Virus record (IMG/VR): IMGVR_UViG_3300042375_000763
Span: 1 to 64,000 of that record
Length of the DNA stretch: 64,000 bases
DNA from: a virus
Strand: one strand, 5' to 3'
Shown one piece after another: positions 1-9,942 of the stretch. Every line of letters starts with the position of its first letter. Position 1 is the stretch's first letter. Under the pieces are notes generated by a model. That model saw nothing but the letters and a program-made list of their open reading frames with translations, was not told where the DNA came from and ran no database searches. The position numbers and the translations under genes were made by a program.

Positions 1-2333
1 GTATCTTTACTTTTGAGAGCATGTTGTATCATTTGCTTTAGATTAAGACCAACACCAAGGTGGTGCTGATTGTGCTTTGAAACTAGAGCTGAAATATCAG
101 GTGTTGCTGGTTCTACAAAGTCTGGTACAGTAGTCTTAGAGTGCTTGAGTGGTGGAACATATTTTATTTCATCTAATTCACCTGGTGTATCACTTTTTAG
201 TATTCTAACAAGACTATCAGTACCATCTTCTCTATTAGTAGCTTTTGATTTGTCAATGTTTATCTTGAATGATTCCCAAGCATCAACATTACTATATGCC
301 TTTTCATAATGTTTTGCATTTTTAATTCTATGGTAAAGTTTTACAAGATCGGCTGAAGTCATTGCCATATTATGAGACTTGACTACTTTTTCCGCATGAT
401 GCGTGTGATCACCCGGACCTGCATTTTTAACAAGTTCAGAGAAATCTTTAAGAGCTTTTGCCATCTCTCTATGCTTCTTCTCACGTGCAATAATCTTATT
501 AATGATTTCAGATGATTCTGTATTCAATGAACGGCGGGTTGAATCAACCTTACGAGCATTATCAAGCATATTCTTGTGCTTTTCAGCATCAGCATCTTTT
601 TCTCTCGATATAGAAGCCCTTACCATATCCAGCGCATTACCTTCTTGGACACAGTTTGGAACCATTCTATTACCTTTTTTCTTTAGACCGATTTGTTTAT
701 AACCGTCCCAGCAATCTTCCTCTACCGATTCTTTGCGAACTTTTGCTGCTAGATCAGCGTCAGCTTTGCCCCAGGTTCCAGGTCCTTTTGTTGCAAAGCT
801 ATTGACTCTGGCATAACCCCATTGTTCTGGAGTTGTTCCTGGTCTGTGACCTGTTCTCCAAGCAGCAACCCCGCGATCAAATACCTTCTTTAGAATACCA
901 TATGAAATACCAGTTTTCTCTGCCTTTTTCTTTAAACCCTCTTTTGGTTCTTCGAATATCATTTCTACTGAATTAATAAGATCATCTAATTCTTCAAAAT
1001 ATACTTCGGTTGATTCATAGATATTGACTTTTGGTTTATATCGCTTAAATCTCATGTCGTGTTTGACAGTACCTTCTTTATTAAAGATTTGGTGAAATCT
1101 TTTTGTGTGCATAGAAGGTTTTGTTTTAGCACGAGCATCACCCGGTGCTGGTTTATATGCAGCAGGATTATTATCATCCATTGCGGCACCTTTATTAAAA
1201 TGTGCTTGTCTTTTTGCTATCGTTGATTTTGAGAGTCCGGCATGATAGTCTTTATTTAGATTGGCGGACTCCAGCATAAAATTTTCAAGAAATATCTCGA
1301 ATTGATCATCAACACTTTCAGTTTTAGATCTGGACATCGCGCTTATACGGTCTGATTCTGCTTTGCGTACAATTGGTAATTGTTTGGTTGCAATTCTATT
1401 AATAACTGACTGTGGTATTCTAGATAATCTTTGATCTAGTGATAATTTTTCAGCAGATGACATGTCACCATACGATTTAGTTTTTGAAATTTTAGCACGA
1501 AGAATTGCTAGTGCTTTCTTTTGTGCCCGATCTTTGATTTTTTCTGGTGATGCTCTTCTCTTTTGTGCTCTCTTTCTTGCAGCTTCAATCTTACCATGAT
1601 ATCGTTTCATGACCATCGAGCGCTTGAGTCTTTGCATAAATGTAAGAGGAGTTACCTTTTCTTCTAAGGTTTCATCTTCAAAGTCTTCCATTAATTTCAT
1701 TCCCTTTAAAATTGCTTTATATACTTCTTCGGCATGTGATTTTAATTTAGAAGGAAGTCCCTTCTTGAATGTTTCAAAGTCACCTTCTACTGCAAGTGAT
1801 CTTAATTTTGAAGCAGACATTCCAGAAACATCATCTGCATCAGGATCTCTTTCACCTGCTGAGACAACATCTATAGTTTTAAAGTCAAATTCTTTGCCAT
1901 TATATTTGTCAAGTAATGTCTGAAATTCTAATACTCGATCAGATCCTACTACAGCAATAAGTGTATCATATTTGCCAGACAGTTCTTTTGCTACTTCAAT
2001 AATTGTTCTTGCAGTTGTCCTTTTAACTAATGACCCAAACGCAGTTTGAAGAAAGTTTATCTTTTCATCATATGTAAGTGGATTTTTCTTCTTATCATAT
2101 GTATGTGATGTAAATACCATAGGATCTGCTTTACGAGAAACAGCAACATCTTTTATCTTATTTACAAGTTTTTCGTGCCCTACTGTTGGGGGTGAAAATC
2201 TTCCAAAGGTCAATACAACTGATTTATTTTTAGCTTCAGACATTGTTCTGTCACTCAATGTTGGCTCAATGTCTATATATTTCTTTGGATCAAAGCCTTT
2301 AGGATTTATTTTTTTTACTGATTTCTTTTCCAT
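1..2333 (-). CDS. Large modular protein with an N-terminal cytidylyltransferase-like domain (runs off the window's left edge; not in the ORF track)
   Basis: Hand translation from ATG 2333: MEKKSVKK...VVLTFGRFSPPTVGHEKL...VVGSDRV...SAGERDPDADDVSGMSASKLR. Later in-frame modules include GHRPGTTPEQWGYARVNSF and CWDGYKQIGLKKKGNRMVPNCV. Frame spot-checked open at several points down to position 1. Late promoter TATAAATA at 2367-2374. Confidence 0.85.
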   Translation of the reverse strand, partial: MEKKSVKKINPKGFDPKKYIDIEPTLSDRTMSEAKNKSVVLTFGRFSPPTVGHEKLVNKIKDVAVSRKADPMVFTSHTYDKKKNPLTYDEKINFLQTAFGSLVKRTTARTIIEVAKELSGKYDTLIAVVGSDRVLEFQTLLDKYNGKEFDFKTIDVVSAGERDPDADDVSGMSASKLRSLAVEGDFETFKKGLPSKLKSHAEEVYKAILKGMKLMEDFEDETLEEKVTPLTFMQRLKRSMVMKRYHGKIEAARKRAQKRRASPEKIKDRAQKKALAILRAKISKTKSYGDMSSAEKLSLDQRLSRIPQSVINRIATKQLPIVRKAESDRISAMSRSKTESVDDQFEIFLENFMLESANLNKDYHAGLSKSTIAKRQAHFNKGAAMDDNNPAAYKPAPGDARAKTKPSMHTKRFHQIFNKEGTVKHDMRFKRYKPKVNIYESTEVYFEELDDLINSVEMIFEEPKEGLKKKAEKTGISYGILKKVFDRGVAAWRTGHRPGTTPEQWGYARVNSFATKGPGTWGKADADLAAKVRKESVEEDCWDGYKQIGLKKKGNRMVPNCVQEGNALDMVRASISREKDADAEKHKNMLDNARKVDSTRRSLNTESSEIINKIIAREKKHREMAKALKDFSELVKNAGPGDHTHHAEKVVKSHNMAMTSADLVKLYHRIKNAKHYEKAYSNVDAWESFKINIDKSKATNREDGTDSLVRILKSDTPGELDEIKYVPPLKHSKTTVPDFVEPATPDISALVSKHNQHHLGVGLNLKQMIQHALKSKD

Positions 2334-2391
2334 TTAAAACTCTAATATGAGGGATAATATTGTGAATATTTATAATGCATTAACTTTACAT

Positions 2392-2952
2392 TTATGATCT
2401 TAATCTTACATTTGATAATGATAAAAATTCTGTAGTAATATATGCCTTTTCTGTAGCAAAATCGTGTGGACAACCTCTATCTTTAATTCGTTTTGGATCT
2501 GTATATGTTGGAGTTTCTTTCCAGTCAAATCCATATATATCTAAAGATGCAGGGCTAGAACTCATTATCCAATCTAATGCAATTAAACCAGTAGTTGGAT
2601 TATTATGTTGTCCTGATTTTTTTCTTAGTTCTGTATAATTTGGTATCATTGGATAAACAAAATCAGTTTGTTTTGTATTTGCGTCAAATCTTGCCTGGTG
2701 GCCTGCGTGCATTTTCTTTACTTTTGGATATTTGGAAAATTGATTCTTGTATTCACTAGTATTCCAAAATATCCAAACATCTGTCTTTTTACCATGACTT
2801 TTTTCAACATCCATTCTATCATATAGCATTGCAGCTTTATTTAGTCTTACTACTACATCATGTGAATCAATTTCTTTGCCATAATTTTTATCAAAGAGAG
2901 ACATTGCGTTGCCGATAATGGCAACTGTTTTACCTTCAAACCATTCTTTCAT
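2392..2952 (-). CDS. Glycosyltransferase family 29 (sialyltransferase-like), paralog 1
   Basis: Sialylmotif-L-like VAIIGNA...YGKEIDSHDVVVRLN; PTTG; YGFD; C-terminal H-x4-E. Confidence 0.8.
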   Translation of the reverse strand: MKEWFEGKTVAIIGNAMSLFDKNYGKEIDSHDVVVRLNKAAMLYDRMDVEKSHGKKTDVWIFWNTSEYKNQFSKYPKVKKMHAGHQARFDANTKQTDFVYPMIPNYTELRKKSGQHNNPTTGLIALDWIMSSSPASLDIYGFDWKETPTYTDPKRIKDRGCPHDFATEKAYITTEFLSLSNVRLRS

Positions 2953-3452
2953 TTTCTTAACTCAAAAATATTAGTATTAAAAAATTTATTTGCACAATAT
3001 TTATTTTCTAATTGAAAATCGTGCCTATTGTCGTGTAGCTTAGTATCATGAAAAGATGGAGTAGCTTTCCAATCAAATCCATATACACAAACCTTTTTAG
3101 GATTATAAAGAGAAATTAAATGTAAAATTCGCAAACCGGTTGAGGGTCTGTGGTGACCTAAATCACTTTTTAGCCATTCTATATCTATTAAAGGGCTATT
3201 TAATATTTCTATAGTATGATTACAAGTTTTTGTTGTGACCTTTTTCGGGTTCATTGTTTTAAACCAATTTAGAAACCAAACATCAGTTCTTTGGCCATGT
3301 GATTTTACATCACTTGGTTTTAACATGAAAAATCCCCGTTTAATTCTACAGACAACTTCCGAAGAGTCTATTTCGGCTCCATAATTGGTATTGAATAGAC
3401 TTTTAGCATTACCAACTAGAGAGATTGTTTTACCTTCAAATAGTTCTTTCAT
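2949..3452 (-). CDS. GT29-like glycosyltransferase, paralog 2
   Basis: ISLVGNA...YGAEIDSSEVVCRI; PSTG; YGFD; HDFQLE. Confidence 0.8.
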   Translation of the reverse strand: MKELFEGKTISLVGNAKSLFNTNYGAEIDSSEVVCRIKRGFFMLKPSDVKSHGQRTDVWFLNWFKTMNPKKVTTKTCNHTIEILNSPLIDIEWLKSDLGHHRPSTGLRILHLISLYNPKKVCVYGFDWKATPSFHDTKLHDNRHDFQLENKYCANKFFNTNIFELRK

Positions 3453-4126
3453 AGTCCTCTCTGTAAACTATAATCCATATAAATTCGTTCTCTGTGCCAT
3501 TCATCTGCCATAGGTGTTGTCGCAAAATCATGGAAACAAGGGGTGCCTAGTGTATAGTGAAGCAATTTTGCACTTTTATTTTCACCGAACTCATCTGGTA
3601 ACCAGTTCCATTCAATAGGAAGTTCACCTATTAAACTATCATCTAACCAAGAAAATCTATGTACTTGTGCACCTGTTGCATTCTGAACAAACTCCGGTGT
3701 TACTACTTTGTTTGATTCGTGTCCACAGTTCCATAATATCACACTTGACCAATTTTTTCTAGGATAATTTTCATTTTTTGCACCAAGATATTTCTCTGCC
3801 ATTCGTGTTTTATAATCATGTTTCACCACCATTGCGGCTTTCGACTCATCTCGCATGTTCCATAGTTCTGTAATATCCCCACGGAGAATCATATCACCAT
3901 CTAAGAATACAGCCCACCCTTTGTAACCCATTAAATGTGGTATTAGAAAACGACTGTATATAAAATGATTACTTCCATCTGTATGCTTTTCTTCATAACC
4001 ATTCAAAAGATTTAATGAAAGTGGGTTTAAACTTATTGGACTGGATGATAGTCTTATAATTGAATTGCTGCAAACGTGGTATGCTGTTGCTTCTCTCTTA
4101 TCAAATCCTATAAAAATTGGTATCAT
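3449..4126 (-). CDS. GT-A fold glycosyltransferase (GT8-like)
   Basis: IFIGFDKRE, SRFLIP, FLDGDM (DxD), YPRKNWSSV, LLHYTLGTP. Confidence 0.8.
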   Translation of the reverse strand: MIPIFIGFDKREATAYHVCSNSIIRLSSSPISLNPLSLNLLNGYEEKHTDGSNHFIYSRFLIPHLMGYKGWAVFLDGDMILRGDITELWNMRDESKAAMVVKHDYKTRMAEKYLGAKNENYPRKNWSSVILWNCGHESNKVVTPEFVQNATGAQVHRFSWLDDSLIGELPIEWNWLPDEFGENKSAKLLHYTLGTPCFHDFATTPMADEWHRERIYMDYSLQRGL

Positions 4127-4899
4127 TTAGGTTTCCTTCTCATTAATTCTTCATATGCTTTAGTAAAAAATCTTTTTCTATAAGCACCACCTTTGACATC
4201 TATGACTATATCTAAGCTTTTAACAACTAAACGGCCAGTAGCATCTAATGGTTTTACATATGCAGAACCATCATAGTCCATAATTTTTACTTTTAGGCCA
4301 TCATAATCAAAGAAGTGATTATTTTTATTTTCAAAATACTTTGTAATTAAGCCTTTGCTTTCGAGTGCTCTATTAATACTATACATATCAGCACCCCATT
4401 TCTTTTCTTCCTCGGTAGATTTGTAATAAAATTCTTCTCTAGTTTGAAAGAACTTGTCAATTCTATCTTTATTGTTTTCATTTGAATTGACTAAAACTAC
4501 AGAGTTTCTTACATACCTTTTTTTAGGGTGCACAAAGAAACAAAGATCAAATTCATCTTTAAAGAAAGCTTCAACACTACCACATATTAAATGATCAGCA
4601 CCTGTTAGGATTAATTTACCCATATGATTTTTTACAAAATTAGTATTTGCTTTTACTATTGCACCCATTAATGGAACATCAGATAAATTACTTCTAAAGC
4701 AATCTATACCATTAGTTTCAGTAAATTCATCAGTTTGTATTACGAATTTATGGTCTTTAGAGTTATATGCATAGAATGTATTCTTTAACTTTTCTATTGC
4801 ATCCATATAATCAAAGAAATTTACTCTTTCTCTTAATTCTGTAGACATATTTTCGGAAGATTTTTTTAAATTTTTATAGAACGGTGCAAAGGTTATCAT
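4123..4899 (-). CDS. Hypothetical protein, possible nucleotide-sugar transferase
   Basis: GAD motif, NSVVLV, WGADMYSIN; lies within the glycosylation operon. Confidence 0.45.
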   Translation of the reverse strand: MITFAPFYKNLKKSSENMSTELRERVNFFDYMDAIEKLKNTFYAYNSKDHKFVIQTDEFTETNGIDCFRSNLSDVPLMGAIVKANTNFVKNHMGKLILTGADHLICGSVEAFFKDEFDLCFFVHPKKRYVRNSVVLVNSNENNKDRIDKFFQTREEFYYKSTEEEKKWGADMYSINRALESKGLITKYFENKNNHFFDYDGLKVKIMDYDGSAYVKPLDATGRLVVKSLDIVIDVKGGAYRKRFFTKAYEELMRRKPK

Positions 4900-5941
4900 C
4901 TATGGTTTCCTTAATTATTTCAATAACTGTATTTACATCAAGATTTGGATATATCGGAAGACTAAGTTGTTTCTTTGCGAGTTTATTTGTGTTTTCTAAG
5001 CCGCTTGTATTAAATATGTAAGGACTTTGTGAACTTACGGGAATATCATAATATACTCTAGTCTGTAATTTACTACTAATTTTACTTATAACATCTTCTC
5101 TATTATTTACTAAAATAGTATAAATGTTATAAGAATGATTTACGCCAGGTTTAGTTTTTATATTACTAAAATATTTGCTATATTCTCCTGCAATATCTTT
5201 CTTTGCAGACATGACGCGACTATAATGTTTAAGTTTTACGGATAGAAATTCTGCTTGAATATTATCCATTCTATAGTTATAACCAATATCTCCAACTTCC
5301 CAATTCCGTAATCGTTTGACTTTATCATAATGTTTTTCATTATTTGTGATTATGCATCCTGCATCTCCAAGTGCACCTATATTTTTACTTGGATAAAAAC
5401 TAAAAGTACCTATATCACCGAATGTTCCAACGTGTTTATCATTTATAGTAGTACCATGTGCCTGACTGCAATCTTCTATTACAGGTATACCATACTTATC
5501 TGCTATTTTCATAAGTTCTGGCATATCTACCGCATTACCAAATAAATGCACTGGTATGATACACTTGGTCTTCTCTGTGATTTTTTCTTCAACCTTTGAA
5601 ACATCCATGCAAAATGTTTCTGGATCTATATCTACATATACTGGTATTGCACCTTCATACATTATTGCAGAAACAGTTGCTCTGAATGTATATCCAACTG
5701 TAATTATTTCATCACCTGGTTTTATGTTTAATGCTTTGATTGCAAGATGAAGTGCTGCAGTACCACTAGCAACACATGCAGAATATGATGAACCTACAAA
5801 ATTTGCAAATTCTTCTTCAAACTTTGATGTACCTAAAATGTAGTTACCACTTTGTATTATTGTTTCTGCACTAGCATTTAATTCATTAATACAATCTTTA
5901 TGTATTGCTTGTAGATTAAAGAATGGTATTATTCCAGCCAT
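4874..5941 (-). CDS. DegT/DnrJ/EryC1/StrS PLP aminotransferase (GnnB/WbpE-like)
   Basis: ASGTAALHL, IEDCSQAHG, FSFYPSKNIGALGDAG, GYNYRMD. Confidence 0.92.
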   Translation of the reverse strand: MAGIIPFFNLQAIHKDCINELNASAETIIQSGNYILGTSKFEEEFANFVGSSYSACVASGTAALHLAIKALNIKPGDEIITVGYTFRATVSAIMYEGAIPVYVDIDPETFCMDVSKVEEKITEKTKCIIPVHLFGNAVDMPELMKIADKYGIPVIEDCSQAHGTTINDKHVGTFGDIGTFSFYPSKNIGALGDAGCIITNNEKHYDKVKRLRNWEVGDIGYNYRMDNIQAEFLSVKLKHYSRVMSAKKDIAGEYSKYFSNIKTKPGVNHSYNIYTILVNNREDVISKISSKLQTRVYYDIPVSSQSPYIFNTSGLENTNKLAKKQLSLPIYPNLDVNTVIEIIKETIDDNLCTVL

Positions 5942-6831
5942 TTTTGTATCCTTCTTGCCTGATAGATATCACTAATCATATTGTCATTATTAGCAATACC
6001 ATTTATAAATGCTTGTTTAGCCATTTCTAAACCAGGCATTTGTTTAATTTTTAATTCAATTCCATTTTTACAATTTTCAAATGAAAAGTTTTCATCTATT
6101 GGTTTATCAATATTTAAAACATTACAGCGACCATCTAGATAATTTAAAAGCAATTTTGAACCAGCAATAAAAATTTGTCGTTGTTTAATCGGAGATACCC
6201 AACTACATGTAATAGTTGCTCTAAAACCACTTTCAAATTTTAAATTTATTATAGCGTGATCTGATAATATATTTACATGATAATTCTTTATTTCAGTCTT
6301 AGAAATAAGTTTTTGATTTGGAAAAAGAAAATCAATGATACTCAAATCATGAATTGCTAAATCATATAGTACATCAACATCCGGTTGAAATAGACCTTGG
6401 TGTAATCTATAACTTTCAAAATATAAAGGTTCACCAAAATCAATATTTTCTTTTATGTGTTGTATTGTAGAGTCATGGCACATAATATGATCAACAAAAA
6501 CTTTTACTCCCATGTTCTCAGATAGAACAATAAGTTCATTTATTTCAGTTAAAGATGTGCACGCAGGTTTTTCAATCCACACATGTTTGCCTGTTACTAT
6601 TGCCTTTTTAGCAAAATCAAAGTGTGTAGCAGCTTTTGTCGCTATAAGTACTGCTTTGATATTAACATCATTTAATGCTAAATCAAAATTATCATAAATG
6701 ATTGCATGTGGATATAATTCTTTTAATTGTGGATGTATTGAGTGATTAGATTCACATATAGCATATAATTCTTTATTGAATGTTCTTGCTATATTTTTAC
6801 CCCAATAACCATGACCTAATAATAAAAACAT
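5929..6831 (-). CDS. Gfo/Idh/MocA NAD-dependent oxidoreductase (GnnA/WbpB-like)
   Basis: GHGYWGKN Rossmann motif, GKHVWIEKP, DLAIHD, CSWVSPIKQR. Confidence 0.9.
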   Translation of the reverse strand: MFLLLGHGYWGKNIARTFNKELYAICESNHSIHPQLKELYPHAIIYDNFDLALNDVNIKAVLIATKAATHFDFAKKAIVTGKHVWIEKPACTSLTEINELIVLSENMGVKVFVDHIMCHDSTIQHIKENIDFGEPLYFESYRLHQGLFQPDVDVLYDLAIHDLSIIDFLFPNQKLISKTEIKNYHVNILSDHAIINLKFESGFRATITCSWVSPIKQRQIFIAGSKLLLNYLDGRCNVLNIDKPIDENFSFENCKNGIELKIKQMPGLEMAKQAFINGIANNDNMISDIYQARRIQKWLE

Positions 6832-7419
6832 TTAATTTAACTTTCGAAGTTGTTGATATCTATTTATTTCAACGTCTAACATTGCTTCATCTATACTATT
6901 TCTAGTCAATGCAATTGTATTTTTCTTTAAATATTTTGCAGGTGAACCAACGTATGTATTTCCTGGTAATATTGTACTCTTTTTAGTAACAATTGTTCCC
7001 ATACCTAACATTGAATAAGATCCAATCACTTGAAATTGGTGTATCATACAACCAAAACCTATATTAGCATTTTTCATTATTCTACAATGCCCGCCGATCT
7101 GCACGGAATTTGATATAGTAGTATTATCTTCTACTATGCAATCATGTGCTACATATGAATACATCATTAAATAATTATTAGAACCTATTTCAGTTACTTT
7201 AGATAAAACAGTTGGTTTATTTATTGAACAATACTCTCTAATAACATTGTTATTTCCTATCTTTACAATGCCGTCAGATTTCTCTCGCATATGAACAGCA
7301 TCAAACCCAATTGTAACATAGGGGTATATTATATTACCTTTACCTATGTCAACTACATCCCATTCAATTATTGCAGTTTCATGAATTAGATTACCATTTA
7401 TCTCTTTAAACCCTTGCAT
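6832..7419 (-). CDS. LpxA-like hexapeptide-repeat acyltransferase
   Basis: IREYCSIN, NNYLMMYSYVAHDC, IGGHC and IHQFQVIG match the LpxA His motifs; start taken at MQGF (SD GAGG). Confidence 0.8.
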   Translation of the reverse strand: MQGFKEINGNLIHETAIIEWDVVDIGKGNIIYPYVTIGFDAVHMREKSDGIVKIGNNNVIREYCSINKPTVLSKVTEIGSNNYLMMYSYVAHDCIVEDNTTISNSVQIGGHCRIMKNANIGFGCMIHQFQVIGSYSMLGMGTIVTKKSTILPGNTYVGSPAKYLKKNTIALTRNSIDEAMLDVEINRYQQLRKLN

Positions 7420-8395
7420 TTTTTTCCTCAAAAAATTTATATGCTGCTTTATATAATAAACCTTTTCCAATATCATCATAACTAAAATGCGACATTGCTA
7501 AACGCTCTAACCATTCTTGTCTATTATCTGGCATATCTGGATTTTCAATTAAACCAAGATTTATATTTGACATAGGATATGCTTGACTCTTTTTTGGATC
7601 AAGATCTAATAAAAATACAGGTATACCTTCAATAGTACTAACAACTGAAGGTGAACTATTATATACTATACAGCACCATGCATCTTTTAGATCTTCTTCT
7701 ATTCTAGTATTTGATGTTGCACGAATCATATTTTTAATTTTTGTTTTGTAACTTGCCATCACATGTTCAACTGCAGTATGTAACCGCCCATCACCTGGGT
7801 GTTTTCTTATTACTATTTTTCTATCTGTGACTTTAGATATATCCAAAATAGTTTGTGTTAACCAGTTAATAATACCTTTTTCATAATTAAATGAAAATCC
7901 ATTTGTTCTTTGTAAACACAAAAGAACATGATTACCTGATTTTCTCCAAGGCTTTACCTCGATAGATAAATCTTTCTTTATTGTTTCCCATCTAGTTTTA
8001 TCAACATCTCTATCAAAATAGTAACCGGTATTTGCATACACACCATCCATACTATATCTTAGATAATTATATCTATATGATTGATCTTTATAGACAAAAA
8101 GACTATTATCAATAGCCATAACATGATTTGAAGATTTTAATTGCTTATTTATTATTTCCTTTTTAAACATTTTTATACTGGTTTTAGCAGGTTTTTCACC
8201 TGCAATAGATTTTCTTTCTGTCATCCAACTATATATTATTGCTAAATCGGATTCACTGTAATTTATTTCTTTTATTAATCTACTATTTGGAAATGTTTTA
8301 ATAATATCATCATATTTTTTAAATTTACCATTTCTATCAGTTGATGAATATACATTAGTACTAAAATGTTGCATTATTTTCTCACTATAAACCAA
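7406..8395 (-). CDS. Putative GT-B / capsule-modification-type protein
   Basis: VIRKHPGD, YNSSPSVVSTIEGIPVF, RQEWL motifs; glycosylation operon context. Confidence 0.55.
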   Translation of the reverse strand: MVYSEKIMQHFSTNVYSSTDRNGKFKKYDDIIKTFPNSRLIKEINYSESDLAIIYSWMTERKSIAGEKPAKTSIKMFKKEIINKQLKSSNHVMAIDNSLFVYKDQSYRYNYLRYSMDGVYANTGYYFDRDVDKTRWETIKKDLSIEVKPWRKSGNHVLLCLQRTNGFSFNYEKGIINWLTQTILDISKVTDRKIVIRKHPGDGRLHTAVEHVMASYKTKIKNMIRATSNTRIEEDLKDAWCCIVYNSSPSVVSTIEGIPVFLLDLDPKKSQAYPMSNINLGLIENPDMPDNRQEWLERLAMSHFSYDDIGKGLLYKAAYKFFEEKNARV

Positions 8396-8904
8396 GATTT
8401 TGCAAAAAAAACTTTTTCACAGTAATCTTTTTCTTCTTTAAAACTGTGTGCTACACACACTCTTTTTTCGTGCCATGAAAATGTTTCTTTCCAATCAAAT
8501 CCATAAACCTTTACTTCTTTTGGATCCGAACGATATACATAATCCAGAACTCTTAATCCAGTCGAAGGTTTTTTACTTAAATTAGATGAAAGTTCTTTAC
8601 ACATTTCTTTGGTATATACCAAATCTACCAAATCTATAAAATGCGGAGATACATCGATTGTATCCATCTGCATTTTATGTGCTTTAGTTCTGGTTACAAA
8701 TGGCTTATTTTGTCTGCCATTCTGCATACACCAGACATCAAGTTTAGTGCCCATTTGTACCGGAAAATCTGAGAACCTATAACCGCCTCTGTTAATACGA
8801 ACTACTACTTCGGCTTGATCTATTTCTTGACCATATCGCTGTCTTATAAGAGATTCAGCATTCCCAACAATAGCAACTGTTTTACCTTCAAACCATTCTT
8901 TCAT
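8374..8904 (-). CDS. GT29-like glycosyltransferase, paralog 3
   Basis: MKEWFEGKTVAIVGNA is nearly identical to paralog 1; PSTG; YGFDWKET. Confidence 0.8.
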   Translation of the reverse strand: MKEWFEGKTVAIVGNAESLIRQRYGQEIDQAEVVVRINRGGYRFSDFPVQMGTKLDVWCMQNGRQNKPFVTRTKAHKMQMDTIDVSPHFIDLVDLVYTKEMCKELSSNLSKKPSTGLRVLDYVYRSDPKEVKVYGFDWKETFSWHEKRVCVAHSFKEEKDYCEKVFFAKSWFIVRK

Positions 8905-8928
8905 GTATAATTAATCTCATCAGTAAAA

Positions 8929-8957
8929 TAAAAAAAAGGTGGAGTTTATCCCACCTT
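8929..8957 (-). terminator. Rho-independent terminator
   Basis: AAGGTGG-GATAAACT-CCACCTT followed by a T run on the minus strand. Confidence 0.6.
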
Positions 8958-9221
8958 ATATTTATTCTTTTGTGTATAGTATTACTTTATTCCAAGTCTG
9001 TCTCTAATATCTTTAGCGGTTAATTTGATACCATTTTGCCAGGCACCGTACCATTCTCTATGATACTCTATTTTATAGTATTCTATAATACCTATATCTG
9101 AAATGCTCATTTCTTCTTTTTCTCTTCTTTTTCATCTTCGCCGTAATAAGGAATGTGTGACATTATTTACCACCTTTTTTCTTTTCACACGGTGTGCGAA
9201 ATACTGAGTGATCTGGATCTA

Positions 9222-9563
9222 TCATTGTGCCCAACCATGTGAAAGGTTTCTAGCTCTTACTTGCCATGGTGCAAGACCTCTATCTAGATCTTTAAGTCTA
9301 TTTTCAAGATCTACTACATTTGCGGATTCTGCTAGATATTCATCAATTTTATTCTTTTCGGTCTTTACTTTAAAAAAGTCACGAAAAGGTTTAAACTCAA
9401 ATTTAATTTCTTCGCCATCTGTTGCATCGTGTGCAACAGATTGAATATCTGATCTTGTAATACCTAGATCATGTAATTCTCTGTCGGAAAGTACTGATAA
9501 CTCTTTAAGAGTTCTAGTATACATTAAGTGTTTTTTATAAGCAGCAATTATTGCTCTTAGCAT
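9222..9563 (-). CDS. DUF1127 (YjiS-like) protein with a C-terminal DUF3563-like segment
   Basis: RTLKELSVLSDRELHDLGITRSDI; C-terminal EYLAESANVVDLENRLKDLD; late promoter at 9596-9603. Confidence 0.75.
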   Translation of the reverse strand: MLRAIIAAYKKHLMYTRTLKELSVLSDRELHDLGITRSDIQSVAHDATDGEEIKFEFKPFRDFFKVKTEKNKIDEYLAESANVVDLENRLKDLDRGLAPWQVRARNLSHGWAQ

Positions 9564-9667
9564 GTCTGTCTCCTACTCTGTGTGTCATACGCCCTTATTT
9601 ATAGACATTATAACACAAGAATAGGTAATGAGTATTGACATTCCTGAAAGGCAGGTATTCGGTTATG

Positions 9668-9937
9668 TTATGGCAGGATCGGATCACTTACATCAGCAAG
9701 ATAATAATTACATCCTTCATATTTAGGAAATGATACTAATGACATCACATCTGGATATCTTCGACAACCTTCTGGCCTAGTTTCATATATATTACAACGA
9801 ATGGTTTCTTGATTGAAATGTTCACACCATCTTAGAGTAAACTTTGTTTTGTCTACATCATCATAGACACGAAATTTGCAACATACTGCACCACACTTGT
9901 CAGTAACACAGCTGCCTCTTACTTCTAATTCTCCCAT
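9668..9937 (-). CDS. YkgJ-family Cys-cluster (Zn/Fe) protein
   Basis: C-x3-C-x3-CC ... CNIYETRPEGCRRYP. Confidence 0.75.
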   Translation of the reverse strand: MGELEVRGSCVTDKCGAVCCKFRVYDDVDKTKFTLRWCEHFNQETIRCNIYETRPEGCRRYPDVMSLVSFPKYEGCNYYLADVSDPILP

Positions 9938-9942
9938 TTAAA

